Position numbers and translations under genes: made by a program
Notes under the pieces: generated by a model
Database searches by the model: none
Told to the model about the DNA's origin: nothing
The model's input: the letters and a program-made list of their open reading frames with translations, nothing else
From: Arenicellales bacterium
Lineage (GTDB): Bacteria; Pseudomonadota; Gammaproteobacteria; Arenicellales; JAJDZL01
Length of the DNA: 64,000 nucleotides
Direction of reading: 5' to 3'
Assembly (NCBI GenBank): GCA_965200765.1
Contig: OZ241380.1
Coordinates: 1,106,417 to 1,170,416 of the forward strand
Part shown: positions 17,013 to 26,873 of the stretch, in pieces
Position numbering within the stretch: the stretch's first letter is position 1
How the letters are laid out: the number at the start of each line of letters is the position of its first letter

Positions 17013-18449
17013 ATGATGGTGCAATCTACAAATCTGTCAAGTGAATCAAGTCGTCTGATTGGGCAGCTAGTGAAGAACGCAAAGCAGGCCATGCGCGATT
17101 TTCGACACGCCAATCAGGAAGATGTTGACGAGGCAGTTACAGCAATCGCCTGGTCGCTGTATGAAGATGGCAATGCGGCTACTTTGGCAGAGTTGGCGGT
17201 AGCAGACACAAAACTTGGCAATGTCAGTGACAAAATCGTCAAGAACAAGCGCAAGACTTTTGGAACCTTGCGCGATTTGATGCGAGTGAAAACGGTGGGT
17301 GTCATCGAAGAAATTCCGAAGTTGGGGTTGGTCAAGTATGCCAAGCCGGTTGGTGTCGTGGGGGCGGTGACCCCTTCAACAAATCCAGCAGCGACGCCGG
17401 TTAACAAGTGCATGATGGCGGTCAAGGGCAGAAATGCAATCATTGTTGCACCTTCTCCATCTGGCTGGAAAACCACCAACCGGGCAGTAGAATTGATGCG
17501 CGAACAACTAGATCTGATTAACGCTCCAATCAATCTGGTGCAAATCCTGCCTGAACCTGTCAATCGGGAAATCACCGAAGAATTGATGCGACAAGTTGAT
17601 TTGGTAGTGGTAACCGGTTCGCAAAACAATGTTCGCGGGGCTTATCGAAGCGGAACTCCGGCAATTGGAGTTGGTGCGGGCAATGTGCCTGTTATTGTTG
17701 ATGAGACTGCTAATCTGGACCAAGCGGCATTCAAAATCTGCAGTTCCAAGATATTTGACAACGGCACTTCATGCTCTTCGGAGAATTCAGTCATTGTCGT
17801 AGATGAAACTTATGACAGAATGATGCAGGCATTTGCAAAGCATGGTGGTTACATTGCAACAGAGGAGGAAAAAAATAGCATCACTGATGCGTTGTGGTCA
17901 TCGAACGGCAAGTTGAATCGTGATTTGATCGCGAAAGATGCAAGCGTCATAGTTCGCGAGTGCAAATTGTCTCCAAGTGCTGAGTCGGCAAAATTTATTG
18001 TTGTTGCAGAAACGGGAGTTGGCCCGGCTTACCCGCTGTCCGGAGAAAAACTTTCAATTGTACTAACTGCCTACAGAGCTAGAAATTTCGAACAGGCTTC
18101 TGAAATAGTTCAGGAGATTCTGAATTTTCAAGGAGCAGGGCACTCTTGCGGTATTCACACTTCAAAGCCCGAAAGAGCAGAGTACCTGGCTGAAGAACTT
18201 GATGTTGTCAGAGTGCTGGTGAACCAAGCCCACACATTTGGTAATGGTGGGGGATTTACCAGTGGATTGAACTTTACTTTGAGCATGGGTTGCGGAACTT
18301 GGGCAGGCAACAGCATATCTGAAAATCTGAACTATCGTCACTTCATCAACATAACCCATCTGTCAACTGAAATCGCGGAAGACAGGCCGAGTGAAGATGA
18401 GCTGTTTGGTGCATTTCTTCGCAAATACCATCCCGATTTATCAAACTGA
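17013..18449 (+). CDS. CoA-acylating aldehyde dehydrogenase (EutE/PduP/SauS-like)
   Basis: ALDH fold with the catalytic Cys in FDNGTSCSSEN and the NAD-binding stretch VVVTGSQNNV. Size and pattern match acylating, AdhE-N-terminal-like enzymes. Confidence 0.8.
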   Translation: MMVQSTNLSSESSRLIGQLVKNAKQAMRDFRHANQEDVDEAVTAIAWSLYEDGNAATLAELAVADTKLGNVSDKIVKNKRKTFGTLRDLMRVKTVGVIEEIPKLGLVKYAKPVGVVGAVTPSTNPAATPVNKCMMAVKGRNAIIVAPSPSGWKTTNRAVELMREQLDLINAPINLVQILPEPVNREITEELMRQVDLVVVTGSQNNVRGAYRSGTPAIGVGAGNVPVIVDETANLDQAAFKICSSKIFDNGTSCSSENSVIVVDETYDRMMQAFAKHGGYIATEEEKNSITDALWSSNGKLNRDLIAKDASVIVRECKLSPSAESAKFIVVAETGVGPAYPLSGEKLSIVLTAYRARNFEQASEIVQEILNFQGAGHSCGIHTSKPERAEYLAEELDVVRVLVNQAHTFGNGGGFTSGLNFTLSMGCGTWAGNSISENLNYRHFINITHLSTEIAEDRPSEDELFGAFLRKYHPDLSN

Positions 18450-18461
18450 GAGAACTTGGCG

Positions 18462-20003
18462 ATGGCAGATACTTTCCGGTCATTGATAGAACAACGCGCA
18501 AATGAGCAACCCGATCGTTGTTTTCTGATTGACCCTGATTCCAATTTGTCCATGACCTTTAGGGAACTTCGGGACCAGTGCCGCGCATTTGAGCAATTTC
18601 TGGATAGCAAGGGCATTCAACCTGGCAGTCATGTAGGCTTTTTGCTGGACAACGGATACTGGACCGTGATTGTTTTCTTCGGAACAATGTATGCCGGGCG
18701 AGTTGTTATCCCTCTGAATGCTGTCGCCAGCGTGGGAAATCTTGCTTACATTCTGGAGAATTCTGATGCTGAGGCTGTGTTTGTAAGTTCGGACTATCGG
18801 GAGTTGATGACAAGGATCATTGAAAATCAAACGCATAAAGTCACGTGCATTGACTTGGATATGCAGAAGGGACCCAATAAGTGGATGCGATTTCAGGAAT
18901 CCACTGATTCCGCCGGGTGTCAAGTAACAGAAGAGACTGAAGGCATGATTCTCTATACATCAGGTACTGTTGGTCGACCAAAGGGTGCGGTCCATACTCA
19001 TCAAAGCCTGCTTGCCGGAGGCAGAAATGTTGAATTTGCACATCAAATCACAAGTGACGACTGCGTCTATTGCGTACTTCCGCTTTATCACATCAATGGT
19101 CAAATAGTCACGACTATTGCCCAGCTAGTAACCGGATCGTGCGTCGTGATGCCAAGAAAGTTCAGTGTGAACAAATTTTGGGATCATGTCGAGAAGTTCA
19201 AGTGTACATGGTTCAGCATTGTGCCCACGATTGCAAAATATCTGCTTGACCAGGCACATCGGGAACCGGAGCAAACCGCACGGATACACAAATTGAAGTA
19301 CTTGCGTTTTGGTCGCTCGGCAACCTCGGCTATGCCGGCAGCAATGCACAAGGAATTTGAAGAAACCTTCGGGGTGCCGATGATTGAAACGATGGGGTTG
19401 ACAGAGACCGCCGCACCCATTCTTTCAAACCCCATGCCACCGGCGAAGCGCATCAGCGGATCAGTCGGGATACCGTTTGGTGACGAAGTGATCGTTGTTG
19501 ACAAGCAGTTCAAGGAAGTCTCGAGAAGGCAGGTTGGTGAATTTGCGGTGCGCGGGCCGAATGTGATTCGAGAGTATTTCAAGCTTCCTGACACTACCAA
19601 ATCCTCTTTTACACCCGACGGCTGGTTTTTGACCGGTGATTTGGGTTTTCAGGATGAAGACGGATATTTTTTTGTTTCAGGACGTAGCAAGGAGTTGATC
19701 ATCAAAGGGGGTGAAAATATTTCACCTCGGGAAATTGATGATGTTCTGTATCAGCATGAAGCTGTATTGGAAGCCGCAGCATTCGGTTTGCCGGATGATG
19801 CTTACGGTCAGGTAGTTGCGGCCGCGATAGTCGTGAGAGGTGGTTTCAATATCAGTGCAGACGAGCTAAGTGCGTTTTGTACCGAGCATCTGGGCCCATA
19901 TCGGGCCCCCTCAAACTTCTATTTTGTAGAGGAAATGCCGAAAGGCCCCTCCGGAAAAATTCAACGACTTGAGTTGGAAAAAATGATTTCTCAGCTCAAT
20001 TGA
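18462..20003 (+). CDS. AMP-dependent acyl-CoA synthetase/ligase
   Basis: AMP-binding motif LYTSGTVGRPKG, TGDLG, and the C-terminal PKGPSGKIQR. The ORF can also start at TTG 18456. It begins 13 nt after the aldehyde dehydrogenase stop. Confidence 0.85.
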   Translation: MADTFRSLIEQRANEQPDRCFLIDPDSNLSMTFRELRDQCRAFEQFLDSKGIQPGSHVGFLLDNGYWTVIVFFGTMYAGRVVIPLNAVASVGNLAYILENSDAEAVFVSSDYRELMTRIIENQTHKVTCIDLDMQKGPNKWMRFQESTDSAGCQVTEETEGMILYTSGTVGRPKGAVHTHQSLLAGGRNVEFAHQITSDDCVYCVLPLYHINGQIVTTIAQLVTGSCVVMPRKFSVNKFWDHVEKFKCTWFSIVPTIAKYLLDQAHREPEQTARIHKLKYLRFGRSATSAMPAAMHKEFEETFGVPMIETMGLTETAAPILSNPMPPAKRISGSVGIPFGDEVIVVDKQFKEVSRRQVGEFAVRGPNVIREYFKLPDTTKSSFTPDGWFLTGDLGFQDEDGYFFVSGRSKELIIKGGENISPREIDDVLYQHEAVLEAAAFGLPDDAYGQVVAAAIVVRGGFNISADELSAFCTEHLGPYRAPSNFYFVEEMPKGPSGKIQRLELEKMISQLN

Positions 20004-20057
20004 TATCAACTTTGAACAAGTTAATCGTTTGATTTCTGGTATCTGTTCAGTATGGTT

Positions 20058-20681
20058 TTAACCTGATTGCCAATTCAGCATTCCTTCGTGTTCAATAAAT
20101 TTCACGACTTCATCAAGGCCTTCACCGCTCTTGAGATTGGTAAACACAAAAGGTCGCTCATCGCGCATCTTTTTCGTATCTCGTTCCATCACTTCCAATG
20201 AAGCACCGACATGCGGTGCCAAATCGGTCTTGTTGATCACCAGCAAGTCCGAACGGGAAATTCCCGGGCCGCCTTTTCGGGGAATTTTGTCGCCGGCGGC
20301 TACATCAATGACGTAGATTGTCAAATCCGACAATTCCGGACTGAAGGTAGCTGCAAGATTATCGCCGCCGCTTTCAACTATTACCAAATCAAGATTTCCA
20401 AATCGCTGATGAAGTTCATCTACGGCATTGAGATTTATTGACGCATCTTCCCGAATTGCAGTATGTGGGCAACCGCCCGTTTCTACACCGATGATGCGAT
20501 TGGCTTCCAGACTTTCGTGGCGAACCAGAAACAGTGCATCTTCTTTCGTGAAAATATCATTGGTGACCACCGCAATCTGGTAGTTGTTTCGCATTCGCTT
20601 GCACAGCGAGTCCACCAATGCGGTCTTGCCGGCACCCACAGGACCGCCAATTCCCAATCGAAGTGTTGAATTGGAACTCAT
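20058..20681 (-). CDS. ureG: Urease accessory GTPase UreG
   Basis: P-loop [21 protein letters not shown]; strong UreG pattern. Confidence 0.95.
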   Translation of the reverse strand: MSSNSTLRLGIGGPVGAGKTALVDSLCKRMRNNYQIAVVTNDIFTKEDALFLVRHESLEANRIIGVETGGCPHTAIREDASINLNAVDELHQRFGNLDLVIVESGGDNLAATFSPELSDLTIYVIDVAAGDKIPRKGGPGISRSDLLVINKTDLAPHVGASLEVMERDTKKMRDERPFVFTNLKSGEGLDEVVKFIEHEGMLNWQSG

Positions 20682-20684
20682 CTT

Positions 20685-21386
20685 CTATGAGCGAAACATG
20701 CGACTGTATTGATCTTCGTGCAATGCGCTTCCAATAGCCATTGCTGGGGCAGTTTGACCGATATTGTCATCTTCCAGGTCGTTAACCGCATCAATCCACT
20801 CCGGTATGTTCTTGGCGCAATGCGACAATATTCGTTGTCCTGAAGTTTGACCAAGTGGCACCAGTCTGATTGCTGACGCAACCTGATGTTCACACCATAC
20901 CCACAAATACGCATGTTGCATTGTTAGTTTATTGATTCCCCATTCGCAGGCGGCCAAACTGAAAAGTGTGGCCCAACTTGTTTCGACGGTATCGAACCAC
21001 TGTTCAGCTCGTCTAATGCCCAAATCACTCAGCAACTTGGCTAATGCAATGCCCATTTGACGATCTTCCGCTAGCAGTTCTGAAGATTCTCTGAATGCAA
21101 TGAGAAACTGACTCCATTCGAAAACCTTTGATAGATCATCTTCTTTCCACGCATCGAACATTCGTCCGATTACTGGAATGTCCAGATGGCAAACATTGTG
21201 ACAGGCAATTTCGGAAATCCAGTCGTGAGCATCTTGTTCACAATTTATCCAGTCTCGGTGCACAGCGTATTCCAAACCGGTGGAATACGAATATGCTCCA
21301 ACTGGCAACGCAGGGCTGGCGAGTTGCAGTAGTCTGCAAATCGGAATGTCATTGTTGACACTAGTTGTGAGAGTGCCTATGTCCAA
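20685..21386 (-). CDS. ureF: Urease accessory protein UreF
   Basis: Position between ureE and ureG, and a UreF-like helical sequence (LLQLASPALPVGAYSYSTGLE). Confidence 0.85.
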   Translation of the reverse strand: MDIGTLTTSVNNDIPICRLLQLASPALPVGAYSYSTGLEYAVHRDWINCEQDAHDWISEIACHNVCHLDIPVIGRMFDAWKEDDLSKVFEWSQFLIAFRESSELLAEDRQMGIALAKLLSDLGIRRAEQWFDTVETSWATLFSLAACEWGINKLTMQHAYLWVWCEHQVASAIRLVPLGQTSGQRILSHCAKNIPEWIDAVNDLEDDNIGQTAPAMAIGSALHEDQYSRMFRS

Positions 21387-21801
21387 GATAGGCTCCTGAT
21401 TCCGGATTGAATGGTGCCTCGCCTACATCAACAGTGAGACCCAATCCGCGTATCATGTCATCCAGTACGTCATCGTGTGAATATCGTAGCCAGTTTGTTC
21501 CAATTTCAAGTGGCACATGTCGATTGCCCAGATGAAAGGCAGCCCGCGCAATTTGTTGCATATCACTGCAAATTATCGTTGAAACTGATTCACAAGCGGA
21601 CCGAATTTCAACGACAAATCCATCACTTGCTGAAATCTGGTCGCCCTCATTCAATGAATTTCCGCGCGGCAATTCGAGACCTGCTTCTTCGCCATTGTCC
21701 AGCTTGATTCGCTGACGGGAGAGTTTTCTTTTCTCGCTTGGAAGAGTCAAATAGGTGTCCGGAGATTGTTGTTGAACAAGCTTGCGGTTGAACATTCTCA
21801 T
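21361..21801 (-). CDS. ureE: Urease accessory protein UreE
   Basis: Sits directly after ureC, with the UreE pattern (HLGNRHVPLEI) and a C-terminal His-containing tail (GHRHSHN). Confidence 0.85.
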   Translation of the reverse strand: MRMFNRKLVQQQSPDTYLTLPSEKRKLSRQRIKLDNGEEAGLELPRGNSLNEGDQISASDGFVVEIRSACESVSTIICSDMQQIARAAFHLGNRHVPLEIGTNWLRYSHDDVLDDMIRGLGLTVDVGEAPFNPESGAYLGHRHSHN

Positions 21802-21803
21802 TG

Positions 21804-23507
21804 TCAGAACAAAAAGTATCGTTGTGCCAATGGCAGTGTTTTTTCCGGTTCTGCTGTCAGCAACTCTCCATCCGCACGAACTTCATAGGTTTGCGGGTCA
21901 ATTTCCATATTTGGCAAGTAACTGTTGTGTACCATGTTTCGTTTTGAAATTTGTCGACAGTTTTTCACTGGCGTAATTCGTTTCTGCAGACCTAGTTGCT
22001 CACCCAAATTGCGGTCAAAAGCCGCCTGAGATACAAAACTTAAACTAGTCGCACTGGGTGCGAGTCCATAGGCACCGAACATAGGCCGAAAGTGAACTGG
22101 CTGAGGAGTTGGAATTGAAGCATTTGGATCGCCCATTGCGGCGGCGGCAATCATTCCGCCCTTGATGACAATGTAAGGTCGTACACCGAAAAAAGGTGTT
22201 TCCCAAATCACCAAATCCGCCAGTTTGCCCACTTCGATTGAACCGATTTCATGAGAAATACCGTGTGCGAGGGCAGGGTTGATCGTGTATTTTGCGATAA
22301 ATCGCTTGACTCGATGATTATCATGCTCAGCGGAGTCTTCGGTCAACGTGCCGCGTTGTTTCTTTTGGCAATGTGCAACTTGCCAAGTTCGCAGAATCAC
22401 TTCACCGATACGTCCCATTGCCTGAGAGTCTGAGCCAACCATGGAAATAGCTCCCATATCATGCAAGATGCCTTCCGCCGCAATTGTTTCCGGACGAATT
22501 CGGGATTCTGCGAATGCGATGTCTTCTGCCAACTTGAAATCCAGGTGATGGCAAACCATCAGCATGTCAAGGTGTTCACTGACAGTGTTCACACTGTAAG
22601 GGAGTGTGGGGTTCGTGCTGGAAGGCAGTACGTTGCTTTCGCCGCAAGCGCGCATGATGTCGGGGGCATGTCCACCGCCGGCACCTTCGGTGTGATACAT
22701 GTGAATGTTTCGTTCTTTGAAGGCGGCGAGTGTATCTTCCAGAAAGCCCGATTCATTCAGTGTATCGGTATGCAGAGTTACCTGAATGTCGAATTCCTCG
22801 GCAACGCCAAGGCAACAGTCAATCGCAGCCGGGGTAGAACCCCAGTCTTCATGCAGTTTTAATCCAACACAGCCGGCTTCTACTTGCTCTCGCAAAGCTT
22901 CGGGTTGACTGGAATTTCCCTTGCCGGTAAATCCAAAATTCAAAGGCATGGAATCGATTGACTGGTACATACGGTGAATGTTCCATGGGCCGGGTGTGCA
23001 AGTTGTCGCTTTGGACCCGGTAGCCGGTCCGGTGCCGCCGCCGATTAGTGTGGTTGTACCAGACATGAGTGCTTCTTCGGCCAGTTGTGGGCAGATAAAA
23101 TGCACATGAGAGTCAATTGCACCGGCGGTAAGAATCTTGTTCTCACAATCAATGATTTCAGTTCCCGGTCCGATCAGCAGGTTTACACCTGATTGAGTGT
23201 TGGGGTTGCCGGCCTTTCCAATTCCGGCTATGCGTCCGTTTTGAATGCCAACATCTGCTTTGACAATTCCCCAATGGTCGATCACCAAAGCGTTGGTGAT
23301 CACTGCATCCATGACATCATCACCACAATATTGGCTCTGTGCCATGCCATCCCGAACAGTCTTGCCGCCGCCGAATTTTGTTTCTTCGCCAAATACCGTA
23401 TGGTCCTTTTCAACTTGAACCCACAAGTTCGTATCACCCAGCCGGACACAATCCCCGGTCGTGGGTCCATACATTTCTGTATAAGCAACACGATCGATTT
23501 TAGCCAT
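21804..23507 (-). CDS. ureC: Urease alpha subunit
   Basis: 567 aa with the metal-binding HVHFICPQ, the carbamylated-Lys region GLKLHEDWG, and MVCHHLD. Confidence 0.97.
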   Translation of the reverse strand: MAKIDRVAYTEMYGPTTGDCVRLGDTNLWVQVEKDHTVFGEETKFGGGKTVRDGMAQSQYCGDDVMDAVITNALVIDHWGIVKADVGIQNGRIAGIGKAGNPNTQSGVNLLIGPGTEIIDCENKILTAGAIDSHVHFICPQLAEEALMSGTTTLIGGGTGPATGSKATTCTPGPWNIHRMYQSIDSMPLNFGFTGKGNSSQPEALREQVEAGCVGLKLHEDWGSTPAAIDCCLGVAEEFDIQVTLHTDTLNESGFLEDTLAAFKERNIHMYHTEGAGGGHAPDIMRACGESNVLPSSTNPTLPYSVNTVSEHLDMLMVCHHLDFKLAEDIAFAESRIRPETIAAEGILHDMGAISMVGSDSQAMGRIGEVILRTWQVAHCQKKQRGTLTEDSAEHDNHRVKRFIAKYTINPALAHGISHEIGSIEVGKLADLVIWETPFFGVRPYIVIKGGMIAAAAMGDPNASIPTPQPVHFRPMFGAYGLAPSATSLSFVSQAAFDRNLGEQLGLQKRITPVKNCRQISKRNMVHNSYLPNMEIDPQTYEVRADGELLTAEPEKTLPLAQRYFLF

Positions 23508-23811
23508 CCAGATTCCCCATTACCTTTGCATTGAAACCGTAGATGCTTCGCGTGCCGGCATATTCGACCAGCTCTACGGTTCTCGATTGACCCGGTTCAA
23601 AACGAACCGAAGTTCCAGCGGGAATATTCAATCGATATCCTCTTGTACTCGCACGGTCGAAATGCAGTGCAGAGTTCACTTCATGGAAATGAAAATGGGA
23701 ACCAACCTGAACAGGGCGGTCCCCGCTGTTTGCAACTTTCACTGTTACAGTCTTGCGACCAGTATTGATCTCGACTGCATCCGGCTTCAGTCTGTATTCA
23801 CCCGGTATCAA
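23500..23811 (-). CDS. ureB: Urease beta subunit
   Basis: MIPGEY...[11 protein letters not shown] is the canonical UreB pattern. Confidence 0.95.
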   Translation of the reverse strand: MIPGEYRLKPDAVEINTGRKTVTVKVANSGDRPVQVGSHFHFHEVNSALHFDRASTRGYRLNIPAGTSVRFEPGQSRTVELVEYAGTRSIYGFNAKVMGNLDG

Positions 23812-23829
23812 ACGATGCTTTCCTTGTTA

Positions 23830-24132
23830 CTAAACAATTGGATTATGGATTGACACCAACTTGGTGCCGTCAGTAAACGTAGCTTCCACCTGAAGTTGAG
23901 GGATCAGTTCCGGCACGCCTTCCATGACATCATCGCGGGTTAGCAGGTTCGTTCCGAAATCCATCAGCTCGGCAACGCTTTTGCCATCACGCGCACCTTC
24001 CAGTACGGCGGCCGAGATATATGCAACAGCTTCCGGGTAGTTCAGCTTCAAACCGCGCTCCTTTCGCCGTTCAGCCAGAAGTGCGGCCGTAAACACCATT
24101 AGTTTGTCTTTTTCTTGCGGAGACAGATTCAT
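23830..24132 (-). CDS. ureA: Urease gamma subunit
   Basis: [23 protein letters not shown] is the canonical UreA N-terminus. The ATG at 24132 is preferred over the ORF-track start at 24153. Confidence 0.95.
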   Translation of the reverse strand: MNLSPQEKDKLMVFTAALLAERRKERGLKLNYPEAVAYISAAVLEGARDGKSVAELMDFGTNLLTRDDVMEGVPELIPQLQVEATFTDGTKLVSIHNPIV

Positions 24133-24341
24133 CGGATTCTCACAAAATCTCAAACATCAAAACACACTATGGAAGCCTTCCGAGTCTTCCACAATTGCAT
24201 TGCATCAAACAAAATAGTGCAGAAGATTTCCTGCGTGCTTGAGTGTCTATTCAACAGTAAAACTATGTTCAAATTATAATCAAAATGGCAGGCAGGGTAG
24301 CCTGAGTTCAGAAATCGTAGCAAATTTGTTACCGCTTTAAA

Positions 24342-25202
24342 TCAAGTGTTCCAAATTCGAGGTTGAACAGGGTTTCTGCCCAACGCGTCAGAACGAATTA
24401 TATTCCAAGCGATTTGAAGCAGATTTTTCGCTTCTTCTGCATGGTGCCCCAAATATCTGCAGACTGTGACTTCAGACAGTGCAGTGGCTGAAAACAACAC
24501 ATCGCTTGGTGTTGAAACACTGTCGCGAATTTTCCGAACCAGAGAATCGTCTCGTTTTGAAAAAACAAGGATTCCGGATACGGTGTATCCTTGCAAACCC
24601 CAGCGGCTATTCAAAACTTTACAGTCATCTGTGAACCGTGTTCGCTCTATCCACAACGGGCGAGAATTTCTCCAAATTTCAAATTTCTGCCGTATATTGC
24701 ACAAGTGAAGAGTTTCCCCACTCGCCGGTCGCCCGAAACAACTGATATCCCATCCCAGAAACTCACCCTGGTTGCACAGGTCAACATGAATTGAAGAATT
24801 AATGCGAGCATCATTGAAGTAGATGGTTTCCTGGGGGAGCCACTCCAGAATTCCATTTGTCTTGACATACATTTTCAAATTTTGGGTCACAGGAGGACGT
24901 GGTCCGCATCGATAGATCTTTGTTGCGCCTGGAGTGGTTACCAATCCACAAGCACCGGTGCTCACCTTAATATTCATAACAATTCTGTCTCCGCCGACAT
25001 AGCCACCTGGAGGGTGAATTACATAGACGTGGGAGACACCGTCGCCTTCGGGATAAAACGGGCTTTGCACCAACAACGGACCGATATGATGACGGTCGAC
25101 AAGAACAGTTTTCTTTCCTCGTTTTGCGAATCGAAAACCAAGCGATGCGAGCCAACCGGTGGCCTGGCTACTGTTCTCAACTTTCAAGGCATCTTGCAAC
25201 AA
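24342..25202 (-). CDS. ureD: Urease accessory protein UreD
   Basis: 286 aa upstream of ureABC with a UreD/UreH-like pattern (HPPGGYVGGD). Confidence 0.85.
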   Translation of the reverse strand: MLQDALKVENSSQATGWLASLGFRFAKRGKKTVLVDRHHIGPLLVQSPFYPEGDGVSHVYVIHPPGGYVGGDRIVMNIKVSTGACGLVTTPGATKIYRCGPRPPVTQNLKMYVKTNGILEWLPQETIYFNDARINSSIHVDLCNQGEFLGWDISCFGRPASGETLHLCNIRQKFEIWRNSRPLWIERTRFTDDCKVLNSRWGLQGYTVSGILVFSKRDDSLVRKIRDSVSTPSDVLFSATALSEVTVCRYLGHHAEEAKNLLQIAWNIIRSDALGRNPVQPRIWNT

Positions 25203-25234
25203 GTCTGAATCAAAAATTGTTCAATACTCGTAAG

Positions 25235-26665
25235 CTATCGAATGGTGCGAGCCGCTTCTTTGATTGCGGCCCAAGCGTTTTCAATGTGAGATCTTTCAGT
25301 CTGCAGGGAACCGACAGCAAATCGAATGACATAAGTGTTGTCAAGTACGGTGTGCGTAACGAATATTTTCCCGGAGGCGTTCAGTGTTTCAAGGATTTTT
25401 CGGGTTACATCGTTGCCATCCTGATGATGGAAACACACCAGGTTCAGCGTCGACGGTTGAAGGAGTACAAAGTCGTCATCCGATTCGACCCACGAAGCAA
25501 ATTCCTTTGCGAGTCGGCAATGTTTTCGAATATGTGCCTGCAAACCCTCAATACCATAGTGTCGAATGACAAGCCAAAGCTTAAGGGAGCGAAAACGCCT
25601 ACCAAGTGATACCTGCCATCCACTGTAGTCAAAAACCTTGCCGGATTCTGTGTGCTTGTTTTTCAAAAATTCAGGTGTAAAGGTAAGTGCGTCAACCAGT
25701 GCATTACGTTCTGCAACATAAAACAGGTCGCAATCGAAATTCGTGAGCAACCACTTGTGAGGGTTGAAGCAGTAACTGCTAGCCAGTTCCAGACCGTCGA
25801 CTAGCCAGCGATATTCAGGGCATACGGTTGCACAACCGGCAAGCGCACCATCAACATGTAGCCAGATATCATGGGCGTTAGTGATTTCCCCGATTGCACG
25901 AACCGGGTCGACAGCAAGCGATGACGTTGTACCGATTGTGGTGCAGACAAATGCAGGTACAAGCCCCTTTTTCAAATCTGACGCGATGAGTAAGTGCAGT
26001 TTTTCGGGGATCATTCGACAATCATCGTCTACCTCCACCTGGCGAATCTTATCTTGCGTGAATCCGGCGATTTTCAAGCCCTTTTCTGCAGAAGAATGAG
26101 TATGTTCGGAAATATAGGCGGTAAGCATGGGAAGCGATTTGCCGGATTTTCGAAGTGCCTGTTCTCTCCCGGCTACAACGGCGCAAAGCGTAGCCATTGA
26201 GGCAGTATCCTGAATTACTCCGCCACCAGTCGAGTTTGACCGGAAGCGAGGTGGTAGTCCGGCAATGTCAACCATCCAGTCAGTAACGAGAGTTTCCAAT
26301 TCGGTACACGCCGGACTGGTAGCCCACAGCATTCCTTGAATTCCGAAACCTGATGACAAAATATCTCCAACAATACCCGGCCCTGACGAGTTTGCTGGAA
26401 AGTAAGCAAAAAAATTGGGAGATTGCCAGTGTGTCAAGCCAGGAATGATGTATTTCTTGATGTCTTCGAGCACATCTTCAAATGGTTCACCCTGAATGGG
26501 CGGATGTTGCGGGAGGTGGTTGTAAACATCACCCGGATTCAATTGCGAAAGCACAGGATACTTTTCTACCTGTTCCAGATACTCGGCAATCAGTTCCAGT
26601 GCCTGTTGACCGCGGTCTAGCAGTTCGTCAGGCGAAACATGATTGGGGTTTCTGTCAGAATCCAA
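25235..26665 (-). CDS. Group II PLP-dependent decarboxylase (aromatic-L-amino-acid/tyrosine decarboxylase-like)
   Basis: The N-terminus resembles DDC (EYLEQVEKYPV) and the PLP-lysine motif is FNPHKW. The apparent start codon is TTG. Confidence 0.85.
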   Translation of the reverse strand: MDSDRNPNHVSPDELLDRGQQALELIAEYLEQVEKYPVLSQLNPGDVYNHLPQHPPIQGEPFEDVLEDIKKYIIPGLTHWQSPNFFAYFPANSSGPGIVGDILSSGFGIQGMLWATSPACTELETLVTDWMVDIAGLPPRFRSNSTGGGVIQDTASMATLCAVVAGREQALRKSGKSLPMLTAYISEHTHSSAEKGLKIAGFTQDKIRQVEVDDDCRMIPEKLHLLIASDLKKGLVPAFVCTTIGTTSSLAVDPVRAIGEITNAHDIWLHVDGALAGCATVCPEYRWLVDGLELASSYCFNPHKWLLTNFDCDLFYVAERNALVDALTFTPEFLKNKHTESGKVFDYSGWQVSLGRRFRSLKLWLVIRHYGIEGLQAHIRKHCRLAKEFASWVESDDDFVLLQPSTLNLVCFHHQDGNDVTRKILETLNASGKIFVTHTVLDNTYVIRFAVGSLQTERSHIENAWAAIKEAARTIR

Positions 26666-26667
26666 AT

Positions 26668-26829
26668 CTACTTTGCTTGTCTACTTTCTTTATAGCCACA
26701 ACGTGCGCATTCAACGATCTCAACCTGTCCGCCGGTGCCAAAGCCGAACTTCACTTCAATGACTTTGAACTGGTGAAAGCCCAAGCGACAAAGGATGTTT
26801 CCAATGAGGTTGTTCGAATTCTTGGACAT
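26668..26829 (-). CDS. Possible small Cys-containing protein (53 aa), not in the ORF track
   Basis: ATG-initiated ORF read by hand: MSKNSNNLIGNILCRLGFHQFKVIEVKFGFGTGGQVEIVECARCGYKESRQAK. It fills the ETF-QO/decarboxylase gap, and its stop lies 2 nt before the decarboxylase TTG start. No clear Shine-Dalgarno sequence. Confidence 0.35.
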   Translation of the reverse strand: MSKNSNNLIGNILCRLGFHQFKVIEVKFGFGTGGQVEIVECARCGYKESRQAK

Positions 26830-26873
26830 GACACTGAATTTTCATATTGTGGCGAGCAGGTTCAAACCGAATT

